DNA from: Candidatus Magasanikbacteria bacterium RIFOXYD1_FULL_40_23
GTDB lineage: Bacteria; Patescibacteriota; Patescibacteriia; Magasanikbacterales; GWA2-37-8
NCBI GenBank assembly: GCA_001783215.1
Contig: MFRA01000005.1
Span: 146,824-210,823 of the forward strand
Reading direction: 5' to 3'
DNA: 64,000 nucleotides
The notes beneath the pieces are model-generated. The model saw nothing but the letters and a program-made list of their open reading frames with translations, had not been told where the DNA came from and did not search any database. A program made the translations under genes and the position numbers. Positions 1 to 9,489 of the stretch are shown in pieces. Numbering within the stretch: the stretch's first letter is position 1; each line of letters opens with the position of its first letter.

Positions 1-403
1 CGGTTTTTTTCTGTCATTTCTGTTACTTCTTCCCATTCGCCTTGGTCTATTCGTACAAACACTGCCTGGCCCATACGTTCACCGCGAGCAACTGGTACTT
101 CTTGGTCGGTAAAGTTGTAAACTTGGAGTAGTAGTTCGTCTTTTTCACCACAGTAATCTTGGTCAATTATACCAATCCCATGTGGTACAAGCAAGCCCTT
201 TTTTTTGGGAGTGCTAGAGCGGCTCGCCAGTATAAGCATATATCCTTTTGGTATTTCTACAATAATATTTGTAGGAATAAGCCCCAGAGATTTGGGGGCA
301 ATAGTCATATCTACTCGGCTATATAAATCAAAAGCCACCGCGCCGGATGTTTGATACTCGGGCAAGGGTAGAGAAGTGTCTATGCGTTTGATTTTAACTT
401 TCA
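1..403 (-). CDS. dut: dUTP diphosphatase (dUTPase); the C-terminus runs off the window start
   Basis: Minus-strand ATG at 403. Manual translation gives MKVKIKRIDTSLPLPEYQTSGAVAFDLY...GIIDQDYCGE, which includes the dUTPase GxIDxDYRGE-type motif. The ORF is open to position 1. Confidence 0.75.
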
Positions 404-970
404 TTATGATAGGTTAGAATATTTTTTGAGTATTTCGTCTAAGTTTTTTTCTAAATTATCTGTAGTTCCGTTGTTGTCTATATGCTCGGTTGCGTGGCTA
501 GCAACTTCAGGAATTGAAATTTCTGTAGATCTTTTATGATCTTCCATAAATTGTTCAAACGTTTTAGTTTTATCATCTGATTTTTCTGAACGTTTAGTTA
601 TTCTGTCGTATCTGGTATGTGGGTCGGCAAAAATTTCTATTAAAACAAAATTAGGAAGCTTGGAAAGATATTCTATATCTGCCATTCGTCTTATGCCATC
701 TACAACGATAATATTATTAGTGTCACTCTCTGCGTCTTTGGCCATTACTTTGGCCATAGTGTCTTCGCCAAATGTACTGCGAATAGCCTCGGACATTTTT
801 ATTAGGTTGTCCCTATTGTTTTCTAAATACATTCTTTTAATAAGGTCGGAAAGCATCGTAGAAAAGCGGTAGGTGCTCGCTCCGTATTTTTTTTGAAAGT
901 ATTCTGCCGAAGTACCTTTGCCACTGGCAGGTAAGCCTACAAATCCCAAGATTATTTTGTCTTGTGCCAT
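404..970 (-). CDS. P-loop nucleotide/nucleoside kinase family protein
   Basis: Walker A motif GLPASGKGT near the N-terminus. 188 aa. It sits between dut and the dCMP deaminase gene. The exact substrate is not determinable from sequence. Confidence 0.5.
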   Translation of the reverse strand: MAQDKIILGFVGLPASGKGTSAEYFQKKYGASTYRFSTMLSDLIKRMYLENNRDNLIKMSEAIRSTFGEDTMAKVMAKDAESDTNNIIVVDGIRRMADIEYLSKLPNFVLIEIFADPHTRYDRITKRSEKSDDKTKTFEQFMEDHKRSTEISIPEVASHATEHIDNNGTTDNLEKNLDEILKKYSNLS

Positions 971-983
971 ATTTATTTAATGT

Positions 984-1466
984 TTATTTCGCCAAATCAC
1001 AAATGTATTGGCGGTATTTAATTCCAGCGCCATCTAGCATGCGGCGAGAAGCTTTCCATACATTTGTATCGTGATATTTATCGCTCTCAAAAACTACTTC
1101 TTTTATTCCAGTCTGAATTAAAGTTTTTGTACATTCATTGCAAGGAAAAAGAGTGCAGTAAATTTTGCCATCTTTTACCGAAGTGGTGGAGTTATAGACC
1201 GCGTTTTCTTCGGCGTGACAAACAAAGGCGTATTTGGTATCCAAAAATCCTCCTTCTCTTTCCCAAGGCAATTTATCGTTGTCTATGCCACGAGGAAAAC
1301 CATTGTAACCCATACCAATAACTACATTGTTTTGGGTGGTAATTACAGCCCCGGCTTGGGTGGAAGGGTCTTTGGAGCGTTCGGCAATAACGTGTGCCAT
1401 ACGCATGAAGCATTCGTCCCAAGAAATGTAGTTTTCTCTTGCTGTTTGCATACAAAAAATTAACAA
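984..1466 (-). CDS. dCMP (deoxycytidylate) deaminase, zinc-dependent
   Basis: CHAEENAV and PCNEC motifs (the H/CAE...PCxxC zinc-binding signature of cytidine/dCMP deaminases). 160 aa. Confidence 0.8.
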   Translation of the reverse strand: MLIFCMQTARENYISWDECFMRMAHVIAERSKDPSTQAGAVITTQNNVVIGMGYNGFPRGIDNDKLPWEREGGFLDTKYAFVCHAEENAVYNSTTSVKDGKIYCTLFPCNECTKTLIQTGIKEVVFESDKYHDTNVWKASRRMLDGAGIKYRQYICDLAK

Positions 1467-1509
1467 TAATTACTCTTAGAGTTTAGCAAGAAAGAAGTCC
1501 GTTGGCAAA

Positions 1510-2529
1510 TTAAAGATTATGAGATTTTTTGTACTCTTCGGCTTCCAAAATAATCTTTCTGGCCACCGAAAGAGTGTAGGCCGGGCGAGTGCCCAAGGCT
1601 GTTTCGTTGCAAAGCATGATGCCGTCGGCACCGTCGAGTACAATGTTAGTAAGATCGGAAATATCCGAACGTAATGGAATATAATTATAGATCGTACCTT
1701 CTAAAATCTGAGAAGAAATTATGGCTTGTTTTTTGTATTTTTTAATTATGCTAATACCTTCTTTTTGGAAAATTCCCAATCGTTCAAATGGCATATCCAG
1801 TCCCAGCTTGCCACGGTTTAGGAGCACTAAATTGTAGAAGTCGTCTTGGCAGATGGCTTCTAGATTTTCTTTGGCTATGCGGCTTTCTATACGAGCAATA
1901 ATCTTTGGTTGCCAACTAAAGTCGGATAGTTGTTTTATTTTTTCATTCACCGATGGGCTAATATAGGGTATAGCCACATATTCGGGAGCGATTTCTTCTA
2001 GTTTTGATAATACTTCTCTACAACGGTTTAGATATTCTTCGTTTTCGTTGTTTTGGGCAATGTGAATGCTAAGGGTGGATTGTAACACTCCTTCGTTTAG
2101 AGCGCGTACTTTTACAGTTTCGTTGTTTATAATCTCTGTAATTTGCAAAGCGATTTTGCCGTGGTCTATGGTGGTGATTTGGTTTATATAAACTTGGTTG
2201 CCAAGCTCTGGAATATGCACGTATACATGGTCATCTATCATTGGTTGGTCGTGGGAAGCAGATTTAAAAATAATCTCTTCATTTTCGGATACTTTGCGCG
2301 GTTCGTGTGGGCCGGCAAGACGGGTCTGGTTAGAAGGTAGGTGAACAATAATTTTGGCCGAAGAGTTTAGTTCATCTATTACTTTCATGCCGATTTTGAT
2401 TCTCTCTATGGTGTTTTCAATTGGGCCATAAGAAAAACTATAGCGCAGCGCATCGGCTCCGGCCAGAATAATTTTTCTGATTTTTTCTTCGGAAAAGTTA
2501 TTTATACCAACTGAAGCAATGATGAACAT
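1510..2529 (-). CDS. pyruvate kinase family protein (catalytic barrel only; no C-terminal regulatory domain)
   Basis: The C-terminal segment RGKLGLDMP...ILEGTI...PLRSDISDLTNIVLDGADGIMLCNETALG matches the pyruvate kinase active-site region (MVARGDLG...PTRAE.SDVANAV.DG.D.VMLS.ETA.G). At 339 aa it is shorter than a canonical PK. Confidence 0.5.
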   Translation of the reverse strand: MFIIASVGINNFSEEKIRKIILAGADALRYSFSYGPIENTIERIKIGMKVIDELNSSAKIIVHLPSNQTRLAGPHEPRKVSENEEIIFKSASHDQPMIDDHVYVHIPELGNQVYINQITTIDHGKIALQITEIINNETVKVRALNEGVLQSTLSIHIAQNNENEEYLNRCREVLSKLEEIAPEYVAIPYISPSVNEKIKQLSDFSWQPKIIARIESRIAKENLEAICQDDFYNLVLLNRGKLGLDMPFERLGIFQKEGISIIKKYKKQAIISSQILEGTIYNYIPLRSDISDLTNIVLDGADGIMLCNETALGTRPAYTLSVARKIILEAEEYKKSHNL

Positions 2530-2567
2530 ATATGGCGAAGTAAATAGTAAGTGGTAGAAAACGAAGT

Positions 2568-2598
2568 TTTAAAACCCCGCCTTTATGGGGCGAGGTTT
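2568..2598 (-). terminator. hairpin plus T-run downstream of rplA
   Basis: aaaaccccgcctttatggggcgaggtttt sits between the rplA stop and the upstream gene start. Confidence 0.4.
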
Positions 2599-2603
2599 TA
2601 ATG

Positions 2604-3296
2604 TTAAGCGGCAATTTTTATAGCAGGACCCATAGTAGAGCAGACAGTCACACTCTTTAGGAAGGTTCCTTTGGCAGTAGCCGGTTTGGCTTTGCGCAAG
2701 GTGTCTAGCAACGCATTTATATTTTCTTTTAGTTTTTCTTCGCCAAAGCTTAGTTTGCCTACAGCTTGGTGAACATTGCCGGTGTCGTCATTCTTGAAAG
2801 TTACTTTACCGGTTTTTAGGTCGCCAATCATTTTTTTGAGGTTGGTGCCTACAGTATCACTTTTTGGGTTTGGCATTAAGCCTTTAGGGCCAAGCACTCT
2901 GGCAACAGAGGCTAGTTTAGGCATCATATCTGGAGTAGTGATAGCAACTTCAAATTCAATCTTACCGGTATCTTTGATTTTTTTAATTTCTTCTTCTCCG
3001 TAGATAAAATCTGCGCCTGCTTCTTTGGCTTCTTTTTCTTTTTCTGGAGAAACAAAGGCAGCTACAGTTTTGGTTTTACCAGTTCCGTGCGGCAACACTA
3101 GAGTGGCGCGCACTTGTTGTTCGGTTTTTTTGGTATTAATGCCTAAGTTAGCATGTAATTCCACGGTGGCGTCAAATTTTACGCCGGCTGTTTCTTGTAA
3201 AAGTTTTACGGCTTCGTCTAAAGAGTAGACTTTATTTTTATCTACCTTGGCTCGGTTGGCTGTCATTCTTTTTGACATATTTTTACATAGATACAT
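2604..3296 (-). CDS. rplA: 50S ribosomal protein L1
   Basis: 230 aa showing the L1 fold (MTANRAKVDKNKVYSLDEAVKLL..., KFDATVELHANLGIN). No rplK lies immediately upstream. Confidence 0.9.
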   Translation of the reverse strand: MYLCKNMSKRMTANRAKVDKNKVYSLDEAVKLLQETAGVKFDATVELHANLGINTKKTEQQVRATLVLPHGTGKTKTVAAFVSPEKEKEAKEAGADFIYGEEEIKKIKDTGKIEFEVAITTPDMMPKLASVARVLGPKGLMPNPKSDTVGTNLKKMIGDLKTGKVTFKNDDTGNVHQAVGKLSFGEEKLKENINALLDTLRKAKPATAKGTFLKSVTVCSTMGPAIKIAA

Positions 3297-3504
3297 GATT
3301 CACACATCAAGATGCAATTGAATCGTGATTATTGTGGTGCAAACCCCTGAGTGTTCAAGGTCCCACTTAATGCGGTGATTATATAGGATAAGGCTGGTTT
3401 TGTCAATAATGCCGTTGCTATGTTTGACTATAGGGTCATTTTCCTATATAATAAGCCGTCATTAGTGTTTTGCATGGGCAAAAGAGCGTGAAATTCGTGC
3501 TTTT

Positions 3505-3876
3505 TTGCCCCTAGCAGTACCAGTAAACAGCAAACTTGGGGAATTTGCCAAATATGTGGAGTCTCGGCGCATGAATCGTATCGTGAGTGAAAAAGAATCC
3601 GCAGTAAGTGGCTGTCTGCACAACTTCATTGAAGCAAGTATTCAGCGTGGAGACTGCTCCGTGCAATACGTGATTTGTAGTCGGTGCGGTCGGTGTAAGC
3701 TGTGGATTTGCAATGGCCATAAGAAGTGGCCGGAAGTGGGTGTGAAGACTCTGGATCAAGCGCGGGACGCGCTCATCTCTGCTGGTCAGATTCTCGATAT
3801 TTCAGCCGGGGTTATCCTTGACCTCGACGCCAGGATGGTGGAGTTGTTCCCGGCGCACGTGTCATCCTTGGCCTAG
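3505..3876 (+). CDS. hypothetical protein (GC-rich ORF)
   Basis: 123-aa ORF. GC is clearly higher than in the flanking genes. No recognisable motif. Confidence 0.3.
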   Translation: MPLAVPVNSKLGEFAKYVESRRMNRIVSEKESAVSGCLHNFIEASIQRGDCSVQYVICSRCGRCKLWICNGHKKWPEVGVKTLDQARDALISAGQILDISAGVILDLDARMVELFPAHVSSLA

Positions 3877-4091
3877 CCAACAATGGCAAGCAGGGGTATG
3901 AAATGGCAAAGAAGTTTTTTCGCCGTCTCGTACTCTTTTAGAGACAATAGTTTTGTCTAAAAAAGAGTGGCGGCGAATTTCTTCTCAAAAAATATTTATA
4001 TAAGACACCTTTCGTAAGAAGGGTGTTTTGTTTTTGTTGACTTATGTTTTAAATTAGAATTTAATAGCTATATCAATCTGGGAGGTGCCTC

Positions 4092-4538
4092 GTGAGCGAT
4101 CCTTTGACAAAGAATTGGTATCAATCATTCTTTATTCCCATGACGGTACCTGATTTGGAAAGTGGATTGCAAAGATGGGCGATGTTTACCGTCTTTAGTT
4201 TGAATGAGAAACAACCATACTCGGGGCGGTTGAGGATCTATATTTTGTACTCAGCTGAACAAGTAGGTAAGATGGTTGAGGAGACCAAAAACGATCATTG
4301 CTTGATGGACGGTTTTCTTGAAAAGGCTAGGGAGTCAGCGTTGTCCGGCACATTTCCAGAGCATGATTATGAAGGCTTGCCTGCTGCAGAGATGTCTGAA
4401 AATTTAGTGGCGTTAAAGATGCTTGCAGGGTTTGTCTTTCAATATATGACTGGACAGATTCAAGTAACCCCAAACGCAGAAGGTGGCGCCGAGTCTGAGA
4501 TGATTACTTCTGGTAGCGGAGAAAAAGCCAAAGCATAA
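4092..4538 (+). CDS. hypothetical protein
   Basis: 148-aa ORF with a GTG start. No motif recognised. Confidence 0.35.
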   Translation: MSDPLTKNWYQSFFIPMTVPDLESGLQRWAMFTVFSLNEKQPYSGRLRIYILYSAEQVGKMVEETKNDHCLMDGFLEKARESALSGTFPEHDYEGLPAAEMSENLVALKMLAGFVFQYMTGQIQVTPNAEGGAESEMITSGSGEKAKA

Positions 4539-4613
4539 GGATCTAGTTGTTCATTTTTGAAAGTGGAAAGGGTTGTAAAAAAACAACCACCTACCACTAC
4601 GTTAGTACCTATA

Positions 4614-4700
4614 CTCGAAATGAGTGAGTGAAATATTTAGCTTGCTCAAATATTTTCGAGCGAATGAGAATATATGCGGCGAAGCCCATATTTATTATAG
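4614..4700 (-). promoter_or_regulatory. R2 leader-element copy in reverse orientation (an orphan with no start codon behind it)
   Basis: The reverse complement reads ...tatattctcattcgctcgaaaatatttgagcaagctaaatatttcactcactcatttcgag. This is ~90% identical to the uvrD leader at 25432-25485. Confidence 0.45.
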
Positions 4701-4863
4701 ATATTGACGTGGAGGTTATGGGTGGTTGTTTTTATTATGAGTTATTTTTTAAGAAGGTTTATTTTAAAATTGGTTGGGAGAGCGGCATCGTATTGATACT
4801 CGCTCTCCCCGTCTGATCGAGGTCGCGGCTTTGCCCGCAGAGCAGGCGCGGTCGGCGTAGATC

Positions 4864-5109
4864 TCAATGGGTCTTGTCTCGGAAGTTGCTGGTCGGTTCG
4901 TCGTCGGGCGTCCCGTTGTCGTTCTCCGCATCGTCGCAGTCGGACGTCGGATCCGTTCCGGGCTGGTCGGGCGTCTTGTCGACCGTGGCGTCCTTGTTGG
5001 TGAAAGGCTTCTTGAACTCATGCCTGTCCTTGAGCTCGTCGAAGGACGGATCGGGTTGGTCGGAGAAGGGGAAGCGGGTGTCGTATGCGTGATTCGGCAG
5101 GTGGCTCAT
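4864..5109 (-). CDS. hypothetical small acidic protein (GC-rich)
   Basis: 81-aa ORF with a strong upstream SD (aaggagatacccATG on the minus strand). High GC, D/E/P/T-rich. Confidence 0.45.
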   Translation of the reverse strand: MSHLPNHAYDTRFPFSDQPDPSFDELKDRHEFKKPFTNKDATVDKTPDQPGTDPTSDCDDAENDNGTPDDEPTSNFRDKTH

Positions 5110-5215
5110 GGGTATCTCCTTTTTTCTCTTAACCTAGCAGAATTACGACAAAATGTCACAATTTCACCTAGGTGAAAATGATTATACCTTATTTTGGGTT
5201 TTTTTTCAAGTATCT

Positions 5216-5247
5216 AAAACACCGTCTGGTTAGGCGGTGTTTTTTTC
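5216..5247. terminator. rho-independent terminator hairpin
   Basis: aaaacaccgtctggttaggcggtgttttttt, a perfect stem flanked by A and T runs. Confidence 0.6.
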
Positions 5248-5267
5248 AGGTATAAAAAAATTTTTGC

Positions 5268-5390
5268 TTATCTGCGTTTTTTTGTAGCTCTTTTTTCTAG
5301 CATTGCTCTTTTTGCGGCAAGACGTTTCTTGGTTTTTGGAGAATGTCTTGATTTAGTTCTCTTTTTTAGGCCTGTAGGTCTTTTTGCCAT
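5268..5390 (-). CDS. small highly basic protein (40 aa), possibly ribosomal-like; identity unknown
   Basis: Manual translation gives MAKRPTGLKKRTKSRHSPKTKKRLAAKRAMLEKRATKKRR. It is absent from the ORF track because it is under 60 aa. Confidence 0.35.
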   Translation of the reverse strand: MAKRPTGLKKRTKSRHSPKTKKRLAAKRAMLEKRATKKRR

Positions 5391-5541
5391 ACAAAATTAA
5401 ATTATTTTATTAAGATAAATTAATTATACATTAAATTTCTAAATAACTCAAATGGATTGCATGCTTTATTGTTTTGGTATATTATCTGCCCAAGGCAAGC
5501 TTGGTTGTATATCAGACCAAAACAACAGGAGGGAACCTAAA

Positions 5542-6210
5542 ATGATTCGCACCGCAGACCAGTGGGAAGCGGAATATAAGAACAGGAAAGCTCTTTGGAT
5601 TCACAATGGCAACCCAAGGCAGCCACACCCGATTCTTTCTTCAGGCGACCATTCAAACGGCTTCTTTAATAGTCGTTTGGTAACCAGCGATTCGATGTTG
5701 TTGCACGATGCCACTTCTGATTTGCTTGAATTGTTCGAAGAACATAGAGGGGATTTCTGGCAAGTTGATGGGTGTGTCGGTCCGCAAACCGGCGCCACCA
5801 GATTGGCGCAAGTAGGAAGTGTTTGGGTTAGTGAATATACCCGCCGTCCATGTTTCTTTGCTTCGCCAGCAAAGCACGGAGAAGGCGAAAGTAGGTCTAT
5901 GTTGTTTAGTAAAGAGGAATCAGCCCTTTTGTCTGGTAAAACAGTGCTTCCGTGGGAGGATGTCGTTACCACAGGAGCCAGTGTTGGTTTGATGGTTGAT
6001 GCAGTTGTTAAAAACGGCGGAGTCGTTTTGTCATATATTCTTGCGTTGGTGAACCGATCCAATCTACAAGCAGTAGACGGCAGAAGGATTGTTGCGCTTT
6101 TCAAGCGTCCGAGGTCTATCGAGGCACCCAGCAATTGCAGTCTTTGCAAATTGGGTTCGGAAGCCATTTATCCGAAAGACAATTGGGATCGTTTCAATGA
6201 GTCGTGCTGA
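5542..6210 (+). CDS. phosphoribosyltransferase family protein (orotate-PRTase-like)
   Basis: PRPP-binding motif LPWEDVVTTGASV plus HPILSSGDHSNGFFN. Internal ATG start with an SD (caggagggaacctaaaATG). Moderately GC-rich. Confidence 0.6.
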   Translation: MIRTADQWEAEYKNRKALWIHNGNPRQPHPILSSGDHSNGFFNSRLVTSDSMLLHDATSDLLELFEEHRGDFWQVDGCVGPQTGATRLAQVGSVWVSEYTRRPCFFASPAKHGEGESRSMLFSKEESALLSGKTVLPWEDVVTTGASVGLMVDAVVKNGGVVLSYILALVNRSNLQAVDGRRIVALFKRPRSIEAPSNCSLCKLGSEAIYPKDNWDRFNESC

Positions 6211-6315
6211 GATAAAATGAAGGGGGTTTATACTAAAAGCTCTGTGTACATACTTGTGCATGGAGCTAATTTTTTATTAGGTGATTGTTATGGGGGTAAT
6301 CAATGTAAAGTGTAC

Positions 6316-6344
6316 TTGACATTATATTTTTCCTATTTTATAAT
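6316..6344 (+). promoter_or_regulatory. sigma70-like promoter
   Basis: TTGACA, a 17-nt spacer, then TATAAT, located upstream of the thioredoxin lipoprotein gene. Confidence 0.5.
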
Positions 6345-6433
6345 TAATATCATAATTCAAGTTTAATTTTTTGTTCTAGACAAAGAATTAATATAAATCT
6401 TCCCGATCTGTGTTGGGAGATAATTTTAATAAT

Positions 6434-6997
6434 ATGAAATATAAGTTAGTAGTTGGTATTACTATGTTACTGGGAGCTGTGGCAATTGCCGGAGCTGGTT
6501 GTGTGCCAACTAATCAACCAAGTTCTCCTTCTACCAGTTCTTCCGTAGATTCTACAGAAAAAGAAGTGATGGAAGAAAAGCAAAAGATGGAAGAAGAGAA
6601 GGCCGCAATGTTGGAAAAAGAAAGAATGATGGCTTTGGAAAAAACAGCAACGACAGAAAAAGAGGCAATGATGGATAAAACTGTGGCGGGAATGTATAAA
6701 GATTACTCGCCAGCCGCTCTAGCCGAAGCAACCAAAAATGGTGGTAAAGTTGTATTATTTTTCTGGGCTTCTTGGTGTCCAAATTGTAAAACTGCCAATG
6801 TTGATTTTCTTGCCAACACAAATCAAATCCCAAATAATGTAACAGTGCTTAAAACTAATTATGATACCGAAAAAACATTAAGAACAAAGTATGGAGTTAC
6901 TTACCAGCACACCTTTGTTCAGGTTGATGCACAAGGCAATCAAATTACTAAATGGAACGGTGGCGATACAGAAGAGCTTAAAAACAATCTTAAATAA
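6434..6997 (+). CDS. secreted thioredoxin-like lipoprotein
   Basis: Signal peptide plus lipobox (LLGAVAIAGAGC). Met/Glu/Lys-rich repeats. Thioredoxin motif FFWASWCPNCK (CxxC). Confidence 0.75.
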   Translation: MKYKLVVGITMLLGAVAIAGAGCVPTNQPSSPSTSSSVDSTEKEVMEEKQKMEEEKAAMLEKERMMALEKTATTEKEAMMDKTVAGMYKDYSPAALAEATKNGGKVVLFFWASWCPNCKTANVDFLANTNQIPNNVTVLKTNYDTEKTLRTKYGVTYQHTFVQVDAQGNQITKWNGGDTEELKNNLK

Positions 6998-7014
6998 TTA
7001 GTAAAACATATACC

Positions 7015-8676
7015 ATGTTGCAAGTGATTTTTTCTTTTTTAGCGGGCGTGCTCACTATTGGTGCGCCCTGCATTCTGCCGATGCTCCCAATTATTTTGGG
7101 GGCGTCGGTGGGCCATACCAGCAAAACCAGGCCATTGTTTATTACCCTCGGTTTTGTTGCTACATTTTCTGTAGCCGGACTTACACTGTCGATTATCGTA
7201 CAGAGACTAATGATTGCACCTGATTTGTTGCGTAATATAGCGGTAGCTGGGTTAGCTTTTTTTGGTTTGCTCATGCTGTTTCCTAGAATTTTTGAAGTGT
7301 TGGCCCAGCGCTTATCCGGTCTTTCTACCCAAGCGCAGCAGATTAGTCAAAAAGCAGGTAGTAAAAATTTTGGTGGTTTTGTGTTGGGTATGATTCTTGG
7401 CCTAATCTGGACACCTTGTGCCGGACCGATACTGGGCAGCATCCTTACTCTTATTGCAACCCAATCAAACTTTGGTCAAGCAACCGCTTTGCTTTTGGCT
7501 TATTCGGCAGGTGCAGGTGTACCCATGCTTGCAATCGCATATGGTGGGCAGGCCATTACCACCAGAGTGCGCTCTGTAGCTAAGTATACAAATATTATCC
7601 AAAAACTATTTGGCGGGATTATTTTGCTTTTAGCCGTGGCCATGTATTTTCAATATGATTTAAAACTTCAGGCAAAAATTTTGGAATATTATAGCTTTCC
7701 AACATTAGAAGAAAAGCTTATTAAACCTAAGTTGGATCATTCATCTGCGCCTAGCATAAAAATAAATAGTAATATAACCATTTCAGACCTTCCAAGTTAT
7801 GGACAGGCTCCGGATTTCAAAAGCATTGTTTCTTGGATTAATACCGACAAGAATCTAACTATGAGCGATCTGAAAGGCAAAGTAGTACTTGTCGATTTTT
7901 GGACCTATTCGTGTATTAATTGTATTCGCACATTGCCTTATGTTACTTCTTGGTATGAAAAATACAAAGACAGTGGTTTTGTAGTCATAGGGGTGCATAC
8001 ACCGGAATTTGAATTTGAAAAAGTATTAGACAATGTAAAAACTGCAACAAAAAGATACGGTATTAATTATCCGGTAGTGTTAGATAATAATTTTGGTACT
8101 TGGAATAATTACAAGAATCGCTATTGGCCTGCGCATTACCTTATAGATCGTGACGGAAACATTCGTTATTACCATTTTGGTGAAGGTAAATATGAAGAAA
8201 CAGAGAATGCCATTGCTCAACTATTGGGGATGAAGGCTGAAGTCGCGAAGATTATAGAAGAGCCGGATAAGAATATCCGTACTCCGGAAATTTATTTTGG
8301 TACAGACAGATTGGAATACCTAACAAATTCACAGTCTCCCTCTGCATCTGGTAAACAGTTCTCTTTGCCGGCGCAACAGGAAGAGAATCATTTTGCTTTG
8401 GAAGGAATATGGAAATTTGATAAAGAGTATGTAAAATTGGCAGAAGGCAATGGGTTAATTAAAATGAAGTTTTTTGCCGGCAAGATTCATATGGTGGCAA
8501 AAGCAAGCAAGCCGATAACCATACAGATTATTGTAGATGGTAAAAAACAAAAATCAGTTGTTATTTTTGCTTCAGACCTGTACACTCTCTTTGATTCAAA
8601 TGATTATGCGGCTCATGAAATTATTATAGAAATTCCCGAAGCCGGTCTAGAGGCGTATACGTTTACTTTTGGTTAA
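7015..8676 (+). CDS. DipZ-like thiol:disulfide interchange protein (CcdA/DsbD transmembrane domain, TlpA-like thioredoxin domain and a C-terminal domain)
   Basis: The N-terminal polytopic TM domain carries the CcdA-type motif LAGVLTIGAPCILPMLP. The periplasmic thioredoxin motif is FWTYSCINCIRTLPY. There is an extra ~150-aa C-terminal domain. Confidence 0.75.
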   Translation: MLQVIFSFLAGVLTIGAPCILPMLPIILGASVGHTSKTRPLFITLGFVATFSVAGLTLSIIVQRLMIAPDLLRNIAVAGLAFFGLLMLFPRIFEVLAQRLSGLSTQAQQISQKAGSKNFGGFVLGMILGLIWTPCAGPILGSILTLIATQSNFGQATALLLAYSAGAGVPMLAIAYGGQAITTRVRSVAKYTNIIQKLFGGIILLLAVAMYFQYDLKLQAKILEYYSFPTLEEKLIKPKLDHSSAPSIKINSNITISDLPSYGQAPDFKSIVSWINTDKNLTMSDLKGKVVLVDFWTYSCINCIRTLPYVTSWYEKYKDSGFVVIGVHTPEFEFEKVLDNVKTATKRYGINYPVVLDNNFGTWNNYKNRYWPAHYLIDRDGNIRYYHFGEGKYEETENAIAQLLGMKAEVAKIIEEPDKNIRTPEIYFGTDRLEYLTNSQSPSASGKQFSLPAQQEENHFALEGIWKFDKEYVKLAEGNGLIKMKFFAGKIHMVAKASKPITIQIIVDGKKQKSVVIFASDLYTLFDSNDYAAHEIIIEIPEAGLEAYTFTFG

Positions 8677-8681
8677 ATAGC

Positions 8682-8876
8682 ATGATTAAAAATAAAATTA
8701 AACTTTTGCGAGAAGACAAAGGTGTGACCCAAGAAGATTTTGCGGCTGTCTTGCAGGTTTCTCGCCAAACAGTTATTGCCATGGAAAAAGGAAACTATGA
8801 ACCATCGCTGGGGCTGGCTTTAAAGGTGGCAAAGTTTTTTGGTATGCCGGTAGAAAAAATTTTTACAATTAATTAG
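8682..8876 (+). CDS. XRE-family helix-turn-helix transcriptional regulator
   Basis: 64 aa with a typical Cro/C1 HTH (QEDFAAVLQVSRQTVIAMEKG). Confidence 0.8.
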   Translation: MIKNKIKLLREDKGVTQEDFAAVLQVSRQTVIAMEKGNYEPSLGLALKVAKFFGMPVEKIFTIN

Positions 8877-8893
8877 CTTAATCTGCATATTGT

Positions 8894-9265
8894 ATGCCAC
8901 GTCTCAAAATTTTAATTTACTATATTCTATTGTTTGTCCTGATTGCTTTACTGGCCGCGTATTTGATTTTTGAGCCAATGGACGCCATGTCTATGCCAAC
9001 GCTTATTTCTATTTGTGGTTTTTTAATTTTATATTCTGTGCTTATTTCGCTTGCGGGAGAAGCTAAATGCGAAGATGAACGAGCTGTGTTGCATCGTAAT
9101 CTATCTAACAGAATAGCCACCATTGCGGCCACTGTATTTATTTCCGGAAGCTTAATTTATCAAATTGTGGTGCTGCACCATATAGATTGGTGGCTACTGG
9201 CAGCAATAATCATAATAAACCTTACAAAAATTACTAGTCTTATTTATTTTCATTATAAGAAATAA
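8894..9265 (+). CDS. small integral membrane protein
   Basis: 123 aa with 3-4 predicted TM helices. This is the common XRE-plus-membrane-protein gene pair. Confidence 0.5.
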   Translation: MPRLKILIYYILLFVLIALLAAYLIFEPMDAMSMPTLISICGFLILYSVLISLAGEAKCEDERAVLHRNLSNRIATIAATVFISGSLIYQIVVLHHIDWWLLAAIIIINLTKITSLIYFHYKK

Positions 9266-9290
9266 CTACCGAATATCTTTTAAAATAAAA

Positions 9291-9320
9291 ATGAAGCATT
9301 TTGTATGCTTCATTTTTTGT
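9291..9320 (+). terminator. rho-independent terminator
   Basis: atgaagcattttgtatgcttcatttttt, a perfect 9-bp stem followed by a T-run. Confidence 0.7.
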
Positions 9321-9337
9321 GCTCCCAGGCTTGGACT
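9321..9337. repeat. 17-19 nt direct repeat of the tRNA-Asn 3' end (att-like)
   Basis: gctcccaggcttggact is identical to the 3' acceptor/T-stem of the tRNA-Asn at 9417-9433. The two copies lie ~96 bp apart. Confidence 0.6.
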
Positions 9338-9417
9338 TACCCCTCGGGGCATGAACTTCTCGTCCATTCTATAAAATAAAATAAAAACACCCAGTCGAAC
9401 TGGATGTTTTTATTTTG

Positions 9418-9489
9418 CTCCCAGGCTTGGACTCGAACCAAGGAAATCCACGTTAACAGCGTGGCGTTGTACCACTCAACTACCTGGGA
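9418..9489 (-). tRNA. tRNA-Asn (anticodon GTT)
   Basis: The reverse complement, TCCCAGGTAGTTGAGTGGTACAACGCCACGCTGTTAACGTGGATTTCCTTGGTTCGAGTCCAAGCCTGGGAG, folds as a cloverleaf. The anticodon loop is CTGTTAA and the T-loop is GGTTCGAGTCC. Confidence 0.85.

Noticed and set aside
660-872. 70-aa + strand ORF inside the P-loop kinase gene
   Set aside because: Antisense to a motif-supported gene. Hydrophobic low-complexity artefact.
3511-3759. 82-aa minus-strand ORF overlapping the 3505..3876 + ORF
   Set aside because: It is fully overlapped by the slightly better + strand ORF. Both are weak, and only the + one is listed, at low confidence.
9307-9345. Second tRNA gene next to tRNA-Asn
   Set aside because: Only the 17-19 nt 3' acceptor/T-stem segment is duplicated, with no D or anticodon arms. 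It is treated as an att-like repeat, not a gene.
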